Source: an uncultured Nitrospiraceae bacterium (GTDB lineage Bacteria; Nitrospirota; Thermodesulfovibrionia; Thermodesulfovibrionales; Dissulfurispiraceae). Taken from it: DNA of 64,000 bases. Location: positions 544,001-608,000 of the forward strand of contig CAVSHF010000003.1 of the NCBI GenBank assembly GCA_963727805.1. Reading direction: 5' to 3'. Positions 51,631 through 61,691 of the stretch are shown piece by piece (the stretch's first letter is position 1; each line of letters opens with the position of its first letter). The position numbers were made by a program, and so were the translations under genes. The notes under the pieces were generated by a model that worked only from the letters and a program-made list of their open reading frames with translations, was not told the DNA's origin and searched no databases.

Positions 51631-54195
51631 TCACTTCGAAACATAATGGCGGAAAAACCAATGTTTCACGCGTTGGACAATCAACAAATATAGCACCACC
51701 ATCCCTGTCAGAACAAGGAAAAATAGGGGCGGGAGCGGTTCGAATCCGAGGTACCCAGCCAATGGCGTGAAGGGAAGAATAACGGCAAGTGCCACTACCG
51801 TGAGGGAGGAGGCTGTCAGCCATGGATTGGGACGGCTTTTAAAAGGGTTTTTATGTGTACGAATTATAAAGATCACGAGCACTTGGGTTGCCAGGGACTC
51901 TACGAACCAGCCCGTATGAAAGAGGGCCTCACCGGCATTAAATATTTTTAGCATTACAAAAAAAGTGAGGAGATCGAAAATGGAACTGACAGGACCTACC
52001 GCCAGCATGAACTTGCGCACAAAGCCTATGTCCCACTTCCGTGGGTGGATCAGCTCTTCCTCATCGACGCTGTCCAGAGGGATTGGAACTTCCGAAAAAT
52101 CATAAAGCATATTGTTGAGTAATATCTGAGACGGGAGCATCGGAATAAAGGGCAGAAACACAGAGCCTGCAGCCATGCTGAACATATTCCCAAAATTGGA
52201 ACTGGTTCCCATCATGATGTATTTCATGACATTGCTGAAGGTTCGACGTCCCTCAATTACACCTTCATAGAGAACACCCAGGTCTTGTTCCATCAGAATC
52301 ATGTCCGCCGCAACTTTCGCAACATCGGCCGCGCTATCCACAGAAATACCTACGTCAGCCGAATGCAAAGACGGCGCGTCATTAATGCCGTCGCCGAGAT
52401 ATCCAACAGCATGCCCTCGTTTTTTTAACGCCAGAATGACCCGGTTTTTCTGGGCTGGGTTGACACGGCAGAAGAGGTTAACTTTCTCTGCCTGCGCGGC
52501 CAAGGAATCATCGTCCATGAACTGGATGTCTGTCCCGGTAAGGACCCCGGTAACCGTTAAATTCAGCTGGCTGCAGATTTGCTGGGTAACCAGTTCATTG
52601 TCACCTGTGACGATCTTGACAGAGACATTACTTGCGGCAAGCTTGGCCAGAGCCTCTTTGGCGCTTTCTTTTGGTGGATCAAGAAAAGCTGCGAAACCAG
52701 CGAAAACGAGTTCCGTTTCATCGCTCACGATTGCGTGAGGATGATCCGGCCCTACATTCCGACACGCAACACCGAGCACCCGGAACCCTTCCCGTCCCAA
52801 GCTTTCAAACAGGGCCTGAATAGGCGCCTTTGCTGTTTCGTCCAAGGGACGAAGATCAGAATCACTGTCTCCCTCATACTTGGTCGAAAGGCGCAGGATG
52901 TCTTCAGGCGCACCCTTAACCACAAGGAGTCTTGTCTCTCCATTATCAACAAGTACCGACACCCGGCGACGCTCAAAGTCAAAAGGCACCTCATCGATTT
53001 TGTGCCATGCCTTCACATCGACTTCAACATGCTCAAGGATAGCGTTATCCATGGGGCTTTTGAGACCTGTTTCAAAAAAGCTGTTCAAGTATGCGAGTTC
53101 CAGGACACGTTTACATTCCCGTCCAGAGCTGTCTAAATGCCGTTCCAGGCGAATATGCGCTTCTGTGAGGGTGCCTGTTTTGTCGGTGCAGAGGATATCC
53201 ATGCTACCCAGGTTCTGGATAGCGGGCAACCGTTTGACAATCACCTTTTTATTAGCCATACGCTGGGCGCCACGCGCAAGCGTCACAGAAACCACCATTG
53301 GGAGAAGTTCAGGAGTCAGACCCACAGCAAGAGCTACCGCAAAGAGAAAGGATTCGAGCCAGGGCCTATGGAAGATAGCACTCACGAGAAGAACAAAGAA
53401 GACCATGAGAATAGTAAGACGCATAATTAGTATCCCGAAGTGACGAGTCCCCTGTTCAAAGGCAGTGGGCGGGGCCTTGGCTATGAGCGAGTCGGCAATA
53501 TCACTCAAAGCCGTATTTGCTCCAGTGTTGCAAACCAGAACCTTTGCAGTACCTGTGATTACCGAGGTCCCCAGGAGCACGGTATTTCCAGCAGAGAGGA
53601 TCTCAGGTTCCCCAGGTAACGCACCGGGGATCTTTTCGACGGGGTATGGTTCGCCGGTCAAAAGGGCCTGGTTAACAAAAAAGTCCTTTGCCTCCATCAG
53701 ATAGCCGTCACCAGGAATGAGGTCGCCAGCGGCAAGGAGCGCGATATCTCCGGGTACCAGTTCAGCCAGAGGTATCTCATGCATCTTGCCATCTCGCAAC
53801 ACCTGCACACGTACAGCCACAGACTGACTCAGGCGTTCGGCCGCCTGACCAGCCTTATGTTCCTGAATAAAGTCCAGAGTGACGCTTATAAGGACGATAA
53901 CGGAGATGATAATGAAACTCGTCACATCCCCAGTAAGAGCCAGGACGGTGCTTGCTACGAGGAGGATAAGGACAAGTGGGTTGCCGAACTTGGCCAGAAA
54001 TTGCAGAACCAGCATTCGCTTTTTTGCCGGATGTAACACGTTGGGTCCGAATCGGGCAAGACGAAGGGCAGCTTCAGTGCTTGATAGACCAGCGGAGGTT
54101 GTCTCGAGAGCTTTAAGCAATTCAGCAGTATCCTGCTGCCAGAAAGCAAATCCCTTTCTAGCGGACTCTTCACTCTTTTTTCCCCGGAAAATCAT
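51631..54195 (-). CDS. mgtA: Magnesium-translocating P-type ATPase
   Basis: TGE, AVGLTPELLP, DKTGTLT, PFDFERRR, GDGINDAP, SSNFGNMFS. Confidence 0.93.
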   Translation of the reverse strand: MIFRGKKSEESARKGFAFWQQDTAELLKALETTSAGLSSTEAALRLARFGPNVLHPAKKRMLVLQFLAKFGNPLVLILLVASTVLALTGDVTSFIIISVIVLISVTLDFIQEHKAGQAAERLSQSVAVRVQVLRDGKMHEIPLAELVPGDIALLAAGDLIPGDGYLMEAKDFFVNQALLTGEPYPVEKIPGALPGEPEILSAGNTVLLGTSVITGTAKVLVCNTGANTALSDIADSLIAKAPPTAFEQGTRHFGILIMRLTILMVFFVLLVSAIFHRPWLESFLFAVALAVGLTPELLPMVVSVTLARGAQRMANKKVIVKRLPAIQNLGSMDILCTDKTGTLTEAHIRLERHLDSSGRECKRVLELAYLNSFFETGLKSPMDNAILEHVEVDVKAWHKIDEVPFDFERRRVSVLVDNGETRLLVVKGAPEDILRLSTKYEGDSDSDLRPLDETAKAPIQALFESLGREGFRVLGVACRNVGPDHPHAIVSDETELVFAGFAAFLDPPKESAKEALAKLAASNVSVKIVTGDNELVTQQICSQLNLTVTGVLTGTDIQFMDDDSLAAQAEKVNLFCRVNPAQKNRVILALKKRGHAVGYLGDGINDAPSLHSADVGISVDSAADVAKVAADMILMEQDLGVLYEGVIEGRRTFSNVMKYIMMGTSSNFGNMFSMAAGSVFLPFIPMLPSQILLNNMLYDFSEVPIPLDSVDEEELIHPRKWDIGFVRKFMLAVGPVSSIFDLLTFFVMLKIFNAGEALFHTGWFVESLATQVLVIFIIRTHKNPFKSRPNPWLTASSLTVVALAVILPFTPLAGYLGFEPLPPLFFLVLTGMVVLYLLIVQRVKHWFFRHYVSK

Positions 54196-54523
54196 ACTCC
54201 TCCCGCACTTGGATAATAGGGACTACTGGATTATAGCAAAACTAATCATTTCATGGAAATCCAAAAGAGCCGCTGAGCATGGCGAGGACTTGCACCCATA
54301 TGGAGGTCAGGTGAATGTTTCTTTGCGACTACTCATGTGCATTCACTTATCATGATATGAAGTTGTCAAAACCGATGTTAAGAGTTACTTTTTTTAAGTG
54401 GAGACGTCGTGGATGATTCGCCTGCTGAGAAAGATTCTATTGTGCACTACATTCTCTGCCAATTTAGGCATATTATCAGTCTCATGATAAAATATTCCTT
54501 AGAATTCAAAGAGAGGTGATGCT

Positions 54524-55492
54524 ATGAAACGGGCTTTGTTGGTTATCGATGTTCAGAATGAGTATTTCACAGGAAAGCTGCCTATCACATATCCAAACAA
54601 TAGTCTGGTAAACATACTCAGGGTAACGGATGCCGCCATCGAGCACGGCGTCCCAGTCATCGTCGTCCAGCACACATCAAATGCCACGGAGTCTCAAGTC
54701 TTCAGAAAAGGGAGTGCTGAATGGCAGCTTCATTCTGAGATTAGAAAGCGGCCCTTCGATCTACTGCTTGAGAAGAACCTCCCTGGAAGCTTCACCGGGA
54801 CTATTCTCGAAAAGTGGCTTAGGGAAAGAAACATCGATACCATCGTGATAAGCGGATATATGACGCAGATTTGCTGCGATACCACTGCGAGACAGGCCTT
54901 TCATCTTGGCTTTGCGGTGGAATTTTTATCTGACGCCACCGGCACTCTTGCCTTCACAAATAATGCCGGCACTGTTAACGACGAAGAGCTACACAGGAGT
55001 TCACTCGTAACGCAAGAGATGCGTTTCAGCAAGGTAATGAAAACAGTCGAGTGGATACATCTTGCGAAGACAAATAGTCGATTCGAAAAAAAGAATGTCA
55101 TCATGGAGCATGATAGATATTCACGGGGCCTTGAGAAGCTAAAGGAAATCGATGGTGAGGCCGGTGAAAAGGTGATAGAAAGCATGAAGGACATAGCGCC
55201 GGATCTGGCTCGCTATATAATCGAATTTGCGTTTGGTGATGTTTACAGCCGCCCTGGCCTCGACTTGAAGTCGCGGGAATTTGCTGTAGTAGCTGCGCTT
55301 GCGGCCTTAGGTAATGCAGCCCCACAGCTGAAAGTGCATATTAATGGGGCATTGAACGTCGGATGTTCGCGTGAAGAGATAGTAGAGGTTATTATCCAGA
55401 TGGCAGTTTACGCTGGCTTTCCCGCTGCACTCAATGCCATTTTCGTGGCTAAAGAAGTTTTTAAGGAGCGGGACGAAAAGATGCTTATTTGA
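54524..55492 (+). CDS. Isochorismatase-family cysteine hydrolase fused to a carboxymuconolactone decarboxylase domain
   Basis: [20 protein letters not shown]; then [31 protein letters not shown]. Confidence 0.85.
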   Translation: MKRALLVIDVQNEYFTGKLPITYPNNSLVNILRVTDAAIEHGVPVIVVQHTSNATESQVFRKGSAEWQLHSEIRKRPFDLLLEKNLPGSFTGTILEKWLRERNIDTIVISGYMTQICCDTTARQAFHLGFAVEFLSDATGTLAFTNNAGTVNDEELHRSSLVTQEMRFSKVMKTVEWIHLAKTNSRFEKKNVIMEHDRYSRGLEKLKEIDGEAGEKVIESMKDIAPDLARYIIEFAFGDVYSRPGLDLKSREFAVVAALAALGNAAPQLKVHINGALNVGCSREEIVEVIIQMAVYAGFPAALNAIFVAKEVFKERDEKMLI

Positions 55493-55602
55493 ACATCAGT
55501 GTTATTGATATGATATCAGGCTGAAAGCGCACTAGGTTGCAAAGGTTACGCCACTTTTGTTGCTTGGCCAACTGTGAATAGGCAAGACTTACTAAACACC
55601 AC

Positions 55603-55880
55603 TTGAGATCATCCCTGGCATAAATGCCAAAGATGCCCAACTCAACTTGCGGTTGAAGACCCTAGTTCCTGCTTCATCGAGAATTCTTAAAGCCCTGTAT
55701 CTGCACAGACTAACAGGTCAAGTCCCGCCCCTAGCATATTCCTTGCCGCATTTGTATCCGCATTCGCTTGGTAGCCATAAGCCCGGCAGGGAACTGCAGC
55801 TCGGGAAGGCCGATTGCTCTTGTCGGGATACCCGCATGCTGAGCAAATTGACCTCAACTCCGTACTGTGACCACACACAG
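55603..55880 (-). mobile_element. IS200/IS605 relic: TnpB C-terminal fragment with right end
   Basis: CSACG..NR..C..GYQANADTNAARNM zinc ribbon/RuvC-III; GATGAAGCAGGAAC; hairpin TGGCATTTATGCCA then TCAA. Confidence 0.75.
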
Positions 55881-55908
55881 TATATTAGGCTACTATCGTG
55901 AGCCTGAC

Positions 55909-56199
55909 TCAGTATTTTAAAATAGCACTAAACCGCGGATCGCTTTTCATAGGATTAAATTCCAACACCTCATATTGAGCAACCCCAGCTTTATTGAAGG
56001 GATCACGGCTCAGATAAGCCTTAAGCTCATCAATACTCGGAGCTTGCGCCAAAAGGATACCGCCCGTTCGGGGCACCCGCGGTCCGGAAGCCAGCAAGTA
56101 GCCCGCAGCATAACCTTCATCAAGAAAACGCCGATGGGCCTCCAGGTTCGCATCGATGTCAGCCAATGCTTTGACATAATTCACCAGCATGACAAACAT
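55909..56199 (-). CDS. YciI family protein
   Basis: HRRFL, ASGPRVPRTGG, DPF. Confidence 0.88.
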   Translation of the reverse strand: MFVMLVNYVKALADIDANLEAHRRFLDEGYAAGYLLASGPRVPRTGGILLAQAPSIDELKAYLSRDPFNKAGVAQYEVLEFNPMKSDPRFSAILKY

Positions 56200-56417
56200 T
56201 CTCCCTCCCTGGTATTAGTAACCCATACTATCAGTAGTGATACCACGAGATGTTGATATGATTATAGCCTTGCAGCTATTGTCCTTGTCGAAGATTCTCT
56301 TTCACAACGTTAAGGCTATGACAAAGCGCTCTCTCTATTTCAGAATCTTATGTAATCATATTTCCAGAATAGTCATTCTGATCTGTCTATCCCCTAAAAT
56401 GAGGTGAGTATAAATCC

Positions 56418-57062
56418 TCATCCTTTTACTAGTCTTTGCCCCATCTCAAATGCTTTATGACAATCATGAGGAAACACTTCCTTACGCCTCTTAGCCTTAC
56501 TCTCAGGGTCAAATCGAGGAGCAACATATTTGGAGTAATCCTTAAACTGCAAAGTATCAAAGCAGCACAGTGACTCTGAATACCCAAACGTCCTTGTCAG
56601 GAACATTGAAATCAAATTCATGAACTGACTGTAGCCTAACTGGTTCATGATTTCTTCAGTAACACCCATTGTATAGATGAACCCCGTTTTTATCTGCTGG
56701 TTAAAAAGCGAGCCGGGCGGGTCCGTATATGTCAGATATTGGAATACGAGCCTCTCCAAAAATGAGCGCATCTCACCTGTAACACTTCCCAAATAAATAG
56801 GAGAGCCAAAAATGAGAGTATCAGCGTCCTCAATTTTCTTGAAAATAGGCTTCAGGTCGTCAGCAACAGCGCATTTGCCATAACTCTTTCCGCCCTTTTC
56901 CTTGCAGGCAAAACAGCTTATACATCCTTTGTAGTTGAGGTCATAGAGGTGTATAAGTTTTGTTTTTGCTCCCTGAGATTTTGCACCTTCCAAGGCCTTT
57001 TCAAGCAGCATGGCTGTGTTCCAGTGCTTTCGCGGACTACCATTAAATGCAATAACTTTCAT
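56418..57062 (-). CDS. Flavodoxin family iron-sulfur flavoprotein
   Basis: NGSPRKHWNT, CISCFAC..C, GSPIY. Confidence 0.9.
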   Translation of the reverse strand: MKVIAFNGSPRKHWNTAMLLEKALEGAKSQGAKTKLIHLYDLNYKGCISCFACKEKGGKSYGKCAVADDLKPIFKKIEDADTLIFGSPIYLGSVTGEMRSFLERLVFQYLTYTDPPGSLFNQQIKTGFIYTMGVTEEIMNQLGYSQFMNLISMFLTRTFGYSESLCCFDTLQFKDYSKYVAPRFDPESKAKRRKEVFPHDCHKAFEMGQRLVKG

Positions 57063-57245
57063 GGGTAACTCTCCTTAGTTGATAATCTTGTGGTTAACTC
57101 TAACTTGGTCACCCTTAAAATTAGGGATTTTTTCGGCAATACGTGTAAAACTTCAGATTTCTCCGGGATATTTGTCCCTATTTATCTGCTTTCCGACCCA
57201 GAAGTTATGGAGGAGGCCCATACAGGAGCCTCCTCTTTTTTAGCT

Positions 57246-57503
57246 TCAATATCTAACGTTTCTTTCGCCGGCCTCTATGCCTGCTCTTACCTGTTCAATA
57301 GCGTGATTGATGAGTTCAATCGCTCTTTCCCTGTGCCCTCCCTTATTAGGTTCAGCCCTTTGCAACTCCTCCCTTGCCGCTCTTAAATCTTCCATAGCAG
57401 CTTCCATGCGAGGTTGACGAACAACCTGAGGGCCAGCGCATCCTGCCATTAACCCAATTAATAGTAAGCTGATGACAAAGGCCAGGATTGGTTTGATTTT
57501 CAT
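57246..57503 (-). CDS. Small lipoprotein (PNKGGHRE family)
   Basis: Lipobox MAGC; QPRMEAA..AEPNKGGHRERAIELI. Confidence 0.8.
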   Translation of the reverse strand: MKIKPILAFVISLLLIGLMAGCAGPQVVRQPRMEAAMEDLRAAREELQRAEPNKGGHRERAIELINHAIEQVRAGIEAGERNVRY

Positions 57504-57512
57504 GAAGATCTC

Positions 57513-57767
57513 CTAATATCTCTCATGGTGTTCATGGTGCTCGCCGAACTCAATACCTCCTTTTACCTGTTCCATAGCGCGATCGATGAGTTCAATCGCT
57601 TTTTCCCTGTGCCCTCCCTTATTGGGTTCAGCTTTCTCCAATTGTTCCCTTGCTTCCCTTAGACGTTCGAGAGCGGCCCTCATATGTGGCTCGTCAGCCG
57701 CACAAATGCCGACTGTTCCGCCGACAAGAAGCATTGCAACAACAACTACTGCGATAATTCTTTTCAT
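57513..57767 (-). CDS. Small secreted protein (PNKGGHRE family, His-rich tail)
   Basis: Signal peptide; EPHMRAA..AEPNKGGHREKAIELI..EHHEHHERY; AGGAGG RBS. Confidence 0.8.
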   Translation of the reverse strand: MKRIIAVVVVAMLLVGGTVGICAADEPHMRAALERLREAREQLEKAEPNKGGHREKAIELIDRAMEQVKGGIEFGEHHEHHERY

Positions 57768-58120
57768 CCTAATTCCTCCTTGATTTGAATTTTAGTTATA
57801 CTAATTTTACTTAGTTTGGATTCCTGATTCAAGGTACATAGTTTCTTCCTGAGAACCTTGTAGCGCCATATCTTTCAATTCCTAAACCACCTCCTTTATC
57901 CGTCGCAACACATTGACTACTTCACTTGGCGTAAACTCCAAGTCTCTAACAGTGAAGGCTTTCGGAGGAACCATGCAAACGTGACAATCCCAAATTGCCA
58001 TCAAAAGTAATGGAATGCCGCGCCAACATATACTGATTTATGTTATATTAGAACAATAATTGAAAGATTCTTGTTCAATTACTGATTCATGGATAGATTC
58101 ATCGAAAGGAGGTGAGAGAA

Positions 58121-58384
58121 ATGAAATTTCTGAAAGAATCAGCGCTCGTTCTTGCTATGATCTTCTGCGCAACATCCTTTTCCCTAGCTGCAGGATGGGA
58201 CTCATGCAAGGGTTGCCACAAAGATGGTGACAAGCCGGCTCCTTCTAAGACCACTCTTTTAAAGAAATTCAAGACTACGAATGATTTTATCAAAGCGGCG
58301 AAGGAATCGAAAAGCCCTATGATGAATAGCTTCAAGAAAGACGATCAACTGACTGCAGCTGCAAAGGACCTTGGATTGAAGTAA
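58121..58384 (+). CDS. Small monoheme cytochrome c
   Basis: Signal peptide, CKGCH, distal Met candidates PMM; AAGGAGG RBS. Confidence 0.8.
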   Translation: MKFLKESALVLAMIFCATSFSLAAGWDSCKGCHKDGDKPAPSKTTLLKKFKTTNDFIKAAKESKSPMMNSFKKDDQLTAAAKDLGLK

Positions 58385-58550
58385 TCCTTTTATGAGGGAT
58401 GGATTCTCGAATGTCTCCATCCCTTCTTTTTACTGTTCCTGTACACTTATGGCCAATCGATTTTTTCTGCTGGCTAATTCTATAAATATTTATAAGGGAA
58501 CCTTTGGCTTTCATCTGAGGAACTGTGATTTAAGGCTAACAGGCTTCCAT

Positions 58551-59732
58551 TTAATCTGCTCTATGGATATCTCTCTGAGTAAATCTCACCCTCTCAGGGG
58601 GTAATGCTATTCTAACGCATGCTCCTTCAGGCAAGTTGTATAAAGACATGGTGCCGCCATGCGCTTTGGCAATTTTCTGTGCAAGATACAATCCAAGGCC
58701 AGACCCTTTCGATCTCTGAGTAACGAAAGGGTTTAATAATTCTCTTGTATCATGGTCAGGGGAAAAACCGCTCCCGTTGTCTTCAAGCAGAATATCGACA
58801 GCCGGAGAGTCTTTGGATGGCATATTTATTCTAAGGGAAATGCTTGTGGCACTCGCCTGTAAACTGTTCCTCATGAGATTTTCGAATAATAAGCTGAGGT
58901 AAAATTCATCACCTGAAATTTCCGCAGGAGTATCGACACTGCAATCGATGCCGACCCTGCGTGCCACGTCCTTCATGAAATGCTGCAGAGGTATCCATGC
59001 GCTTTTCTTTACCTTGAGTTCTTTCCCGTAAAATATAAGGTTTTCGATAAGTTGCTGGGTGCGACTTATTTCATTATTGACTAAAGTTGTGAAACGATCA
59101 ATGAATCCGGTATCCGATGCACGAGAAGGCAGGGCATGCACAAGGTTATGTATTGTGGATATCGGAGTTTTAAGTTCATGCGCAAGTGTAGCAGTCATGC
59201 GCCCGAGGAGGGCCAAAGATTCACTCTCTTTGAGGGCCTTTCTGAGTTCAGCACTTCTCTCCTCAATTTGTCTTTTATTTTCAGAGTAGGAGAGGATGAC
59301 AATGAAGATCGTGAAGGTTGAGATGAGGCCTACAAGAATTTCAGGTATATCAGGATAATAAACCTCTTCCATAATAAATGACTTCTTGATATAAATGTCG
59401 ATATTCTTGCCTGCTTCAGAAAATGCAAACAAATATTCCTCTTTGCTCTTGTCAATCTTATAACTTTCGCTTGAATCAACAGCGGTGAGCCGGTCGTTCA
59501 TTACAGGAGAATTAATAAAGTCTTTCAAAAAGATTATTGTCTGACCGGAAGTTGCTATTGGATAGGATTTCTTAAAGGATGCTGCTGCCTGCTCGATTTC
59601 CAGCTCTATTTTCTCTTTTAATCTTTTTTCCTCGCTAATGTTTTCCAGTGTTGCTATGACAAAGTAGACGGCGATTCCGCAACATATCGAGATTAGAAGA
59701 TATTTTGTGTATCGATATACTTGCTTCAACAT
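58551..59732 (-). CDS. Membrane sensor histidine kinase (orphan)
   Basis: Two TM, AHELKTP, DNGSG, GSGLGL. Confidence 0.9.
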   Translation of the reverse strand: MLKQVYRYTKYLLISICCGIAVYFVIATLENISEEKRLKEKIELEIEQAAASFKKSYPIATSGQTIIFLKDFINSPVMNDRLTAVDSSESYKIDKSKEEYLFAFSEAGKNIDIYIKKSFIMEEVYYPDIPEILVGLISTFTIFIVILSYSENKRQIEERSAELRKALKESESLALLGRMTATLAHELKTPISTIHNLVHALPSRASDTGFIDRFTTLVNNEISRTQQLIENLIFYGKELKVKKSAWIPLQHFMKDVARRVGIDCSVDTPAEISGDEFYLSLLFENLMRNSLQASATSISLRINMPSKDSPAVDILLEDNGSGFSPDHDTRELLNPFVTQRSKGSGLGLYLAQKIAKAHGGTMSLYNLPEGACVRIALPPERVRFTQRDIHRAD

Positions 59733-59972
59733 TGTCTGCTAGTATAATCGAACGTCTTCTCTGCCAACAAGTATCCATGACGGACAGCATATTCCCCTAT
59801 CGGAGGCTTTTCTATCCCGATGATTAGCCTGTGCTCACGAATATCCCCATCCTTAGTCTTGGTCTTTATTGCACTGATATATATCTGTATAACAAAAGTA
59901 CTGTTCAGGACCAGAAATGGGCTATAATGAAATTATGGAACTGTTCAAATTCAATTGCAGCGAAGGTAAATC

Positions 59973-61055
59973 ATGACCAACAATGAACAGGAAATGCCAT
60001 CACCAGAGATATGTGTAAGTAAGATATTTGAGATCAGCGGCACGAAATTCGATCCCGACATAGCCGCTGACTTATGGCCCAAGATATTACAGCATAAATG
60101 GCTCATGTCTGAAAAACTCCATCGAGATGTTGGATTAAGAACTGCGTGCACCGACTTTCTCGAAAACATGGAGCAAGCCCTCAAGGAATATATGGACTAT
60201 AAGAGAAGGGATATACTAGCTGAGATGGGCGCTCAGACAATCAGCAGAGAAGTGTGGGATACCATTTCCGACTCCCAGCCGCCAAAGCAACTGGTCCAGC
60301 GGAGAATTATCCTCCCACTCGTGGAGGAGGATCTCGCCAGAAAGCACGGCGTCACTCCGCCGAAGACGATCATTTTCTTTGGCCCCCCGGGCACGGGGAA
60401 GACCCATTTTGTGAAGGCAATAGCGGGCGTCCTGTCCTGGTGGTACATTGAGATCCTGCCTAGTATGTTGATGGTGGACGGCTTGGAGAAGATCGGTGCT
60501 AATTTACACGCTGTAATGGAAAAGGCTCGAAATCTGGAAGATGCGGTCATCTTTATTGACGAGTTTGAAGAGATTGCCAGCAATCGGGATGAAGCCAGCA
60601 GAATTGACAAATCAATTACCAATGAATTTCTCAAGCAAGTTCCCCTGCTCAAAAATCAGGGAAACAAGGTGCTGCTAGTTTGTGCAACCAACTATATCAG
60701 ACAGTTGGATGCCGCGCTGCTTCGTCCCGGCAGGTTTGATTGCATTATCCCGGTTGGTGGCTTGGACGAGGAAGGGCGGAAGACCATCCTTCAGCATTAC
60801 CTGTCCAGGCTTAATACCGGCAACATAGACCTGAATCTCATTGTGAAGAAGACATCCGGGTTTACACCCGCAGATGTAGAATATCTGTTTCAGCAGGTAG
60901 CGCAATTTGCTTTTGAACAGGAATATGGCATAAAGCAGGATTACCAGGTGACTACAGATACATTTCTTAAGATTCTGCCGAAGATTCGTCCGTCTCTGGC
61001 CGATACAGTCATCGAAGAATTTCAAAAGGATATCATCACCTATTCTCGAACATGA
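59973..61055 (+). CDS. AAA+ ATPase with DUF4032-like N-terminal domain
   Basis: HKWLMSEKLHRDVG; GPPGTGKT, IFIDE, ATN, ALLRPGRFD. Confidence 0.85.
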   Translation: MTNNEQEMPSPEICVSKIFEISGTKFDPDIAADLWPKILQHKWLMSEKLHRDVGLRTACTDFLENMEQALKEYMDYKRRDILAEMGAQTISREVWDTISDSQPPKQLVQRRIILPLVEEDLARKHGVTPPKTIIFFGPPGTGKTHFVKAIAGVLSWWYIEILPSMLMVDGLEKIGANLHAVMEKARNLEDAVIFIDEFEEIASNRDEASRIDKSITNEFLKQVPLLKNQGNKVLLVCATNYIRQLDAALLRPGRFDCIIPVGGLDEEGRKTILQHYLSRLNTGNIDLNLIVKKTSGFTPADVEYLFQQVAQFAFEQEYGIKQDYQVTTDTFLKILPKIRPSLADTVIEEFQKDIITYSRT

Positions 61056-61285
61056 AGATGGAACTGAGAAAATGATTGGCAGTTTTTAGTGCTCATTTAA
61101 CGGATAGGGTACTTCTGAAGTGCTAGGAGTTGCCAGAGGAGATTATAACCTCCAAAGCATTTGATGATATTTTTGTGCAGATTATCGGAAAAAGCCCGCA
61201 TTGCAATTAAATAAAGTAATGATTCAACCTATCCCAATACTCTTTCCCTTTGTCCGTTAAAAAATAAGCTGTAAAACAGTCAACA

Positions 61286-61483
61286 CTATTGTCTCTTGCT
61301 CATCACCTCTATGGCCAAGGGGATTGTGCTAATCGCTCCGATGAGTAACAGAGTCCACCCTATAGCCCTTCTCTGATCATCATTAAGTTTATCCGCCAAT
61401 AACAGACCGGCTCCTGCTCCGAGCAATCCGCGTGTGCCAGCTATAAGGGCGATTTGCGGTAATGTCAATTCCGCTTTTTTCAT
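61286..61483 (-). CDS. Small two-TM membrane protein
   Basis: GTRGLLGAGAGLLL..RRAIGWTL; GGGAGG RBS. Confidence 0.75.
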   Translation of the reverse strand: MKKAELTLPQIALIAGTRGLLGAGAGLLLADKLNDDQRRAIGWTLLLIGAISTIPLAIEVMSKRQ

Positions 61484-61547
61484 AGTTACCTCCCTTCATG
61501 ATGTATATTTTTACCCATGTACCGTCAGGCAATCGGGTCGTGTCTCC

Positions 61548-61682
61548 TTAGCGTCGACCCTCATGTTCTCCGTGCTCGCCTCGATGATGCTCCCCATGTC
61601 CCTCGTGATCAACCTCCCAGAAACAGCTACAGCATTCGATCAGCATAATCGTGGCAAGAATTAACGGAAGCATTCTTCTCAT
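61548..61682 (-). CDS. 44-aa putative lipoprotein/secreted peptide with His/Gly/Glu-rich tail
   Basis: Manual translation MRRMLPLILATIMLIECCSCFWEVDHEGHGEHHRGEHGEHEGRR*. Confidence 0.6.
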   Translation of the reverse strand: MRRMLPLILATIMLIECCSCFWEVDHEGHGEHHRGEHGEHEGRR

Positions 61683-61691
61683 ATTGTCCAT

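Noticed and set aside
54196..54520. M-box or Mg2+ riboswitch before mgtA
   Set aside because: No recognisable consensus or leader peptide
57882..58001. 39-aa minus ORF with CHVC
   Set aside because: No RBS and too short to support
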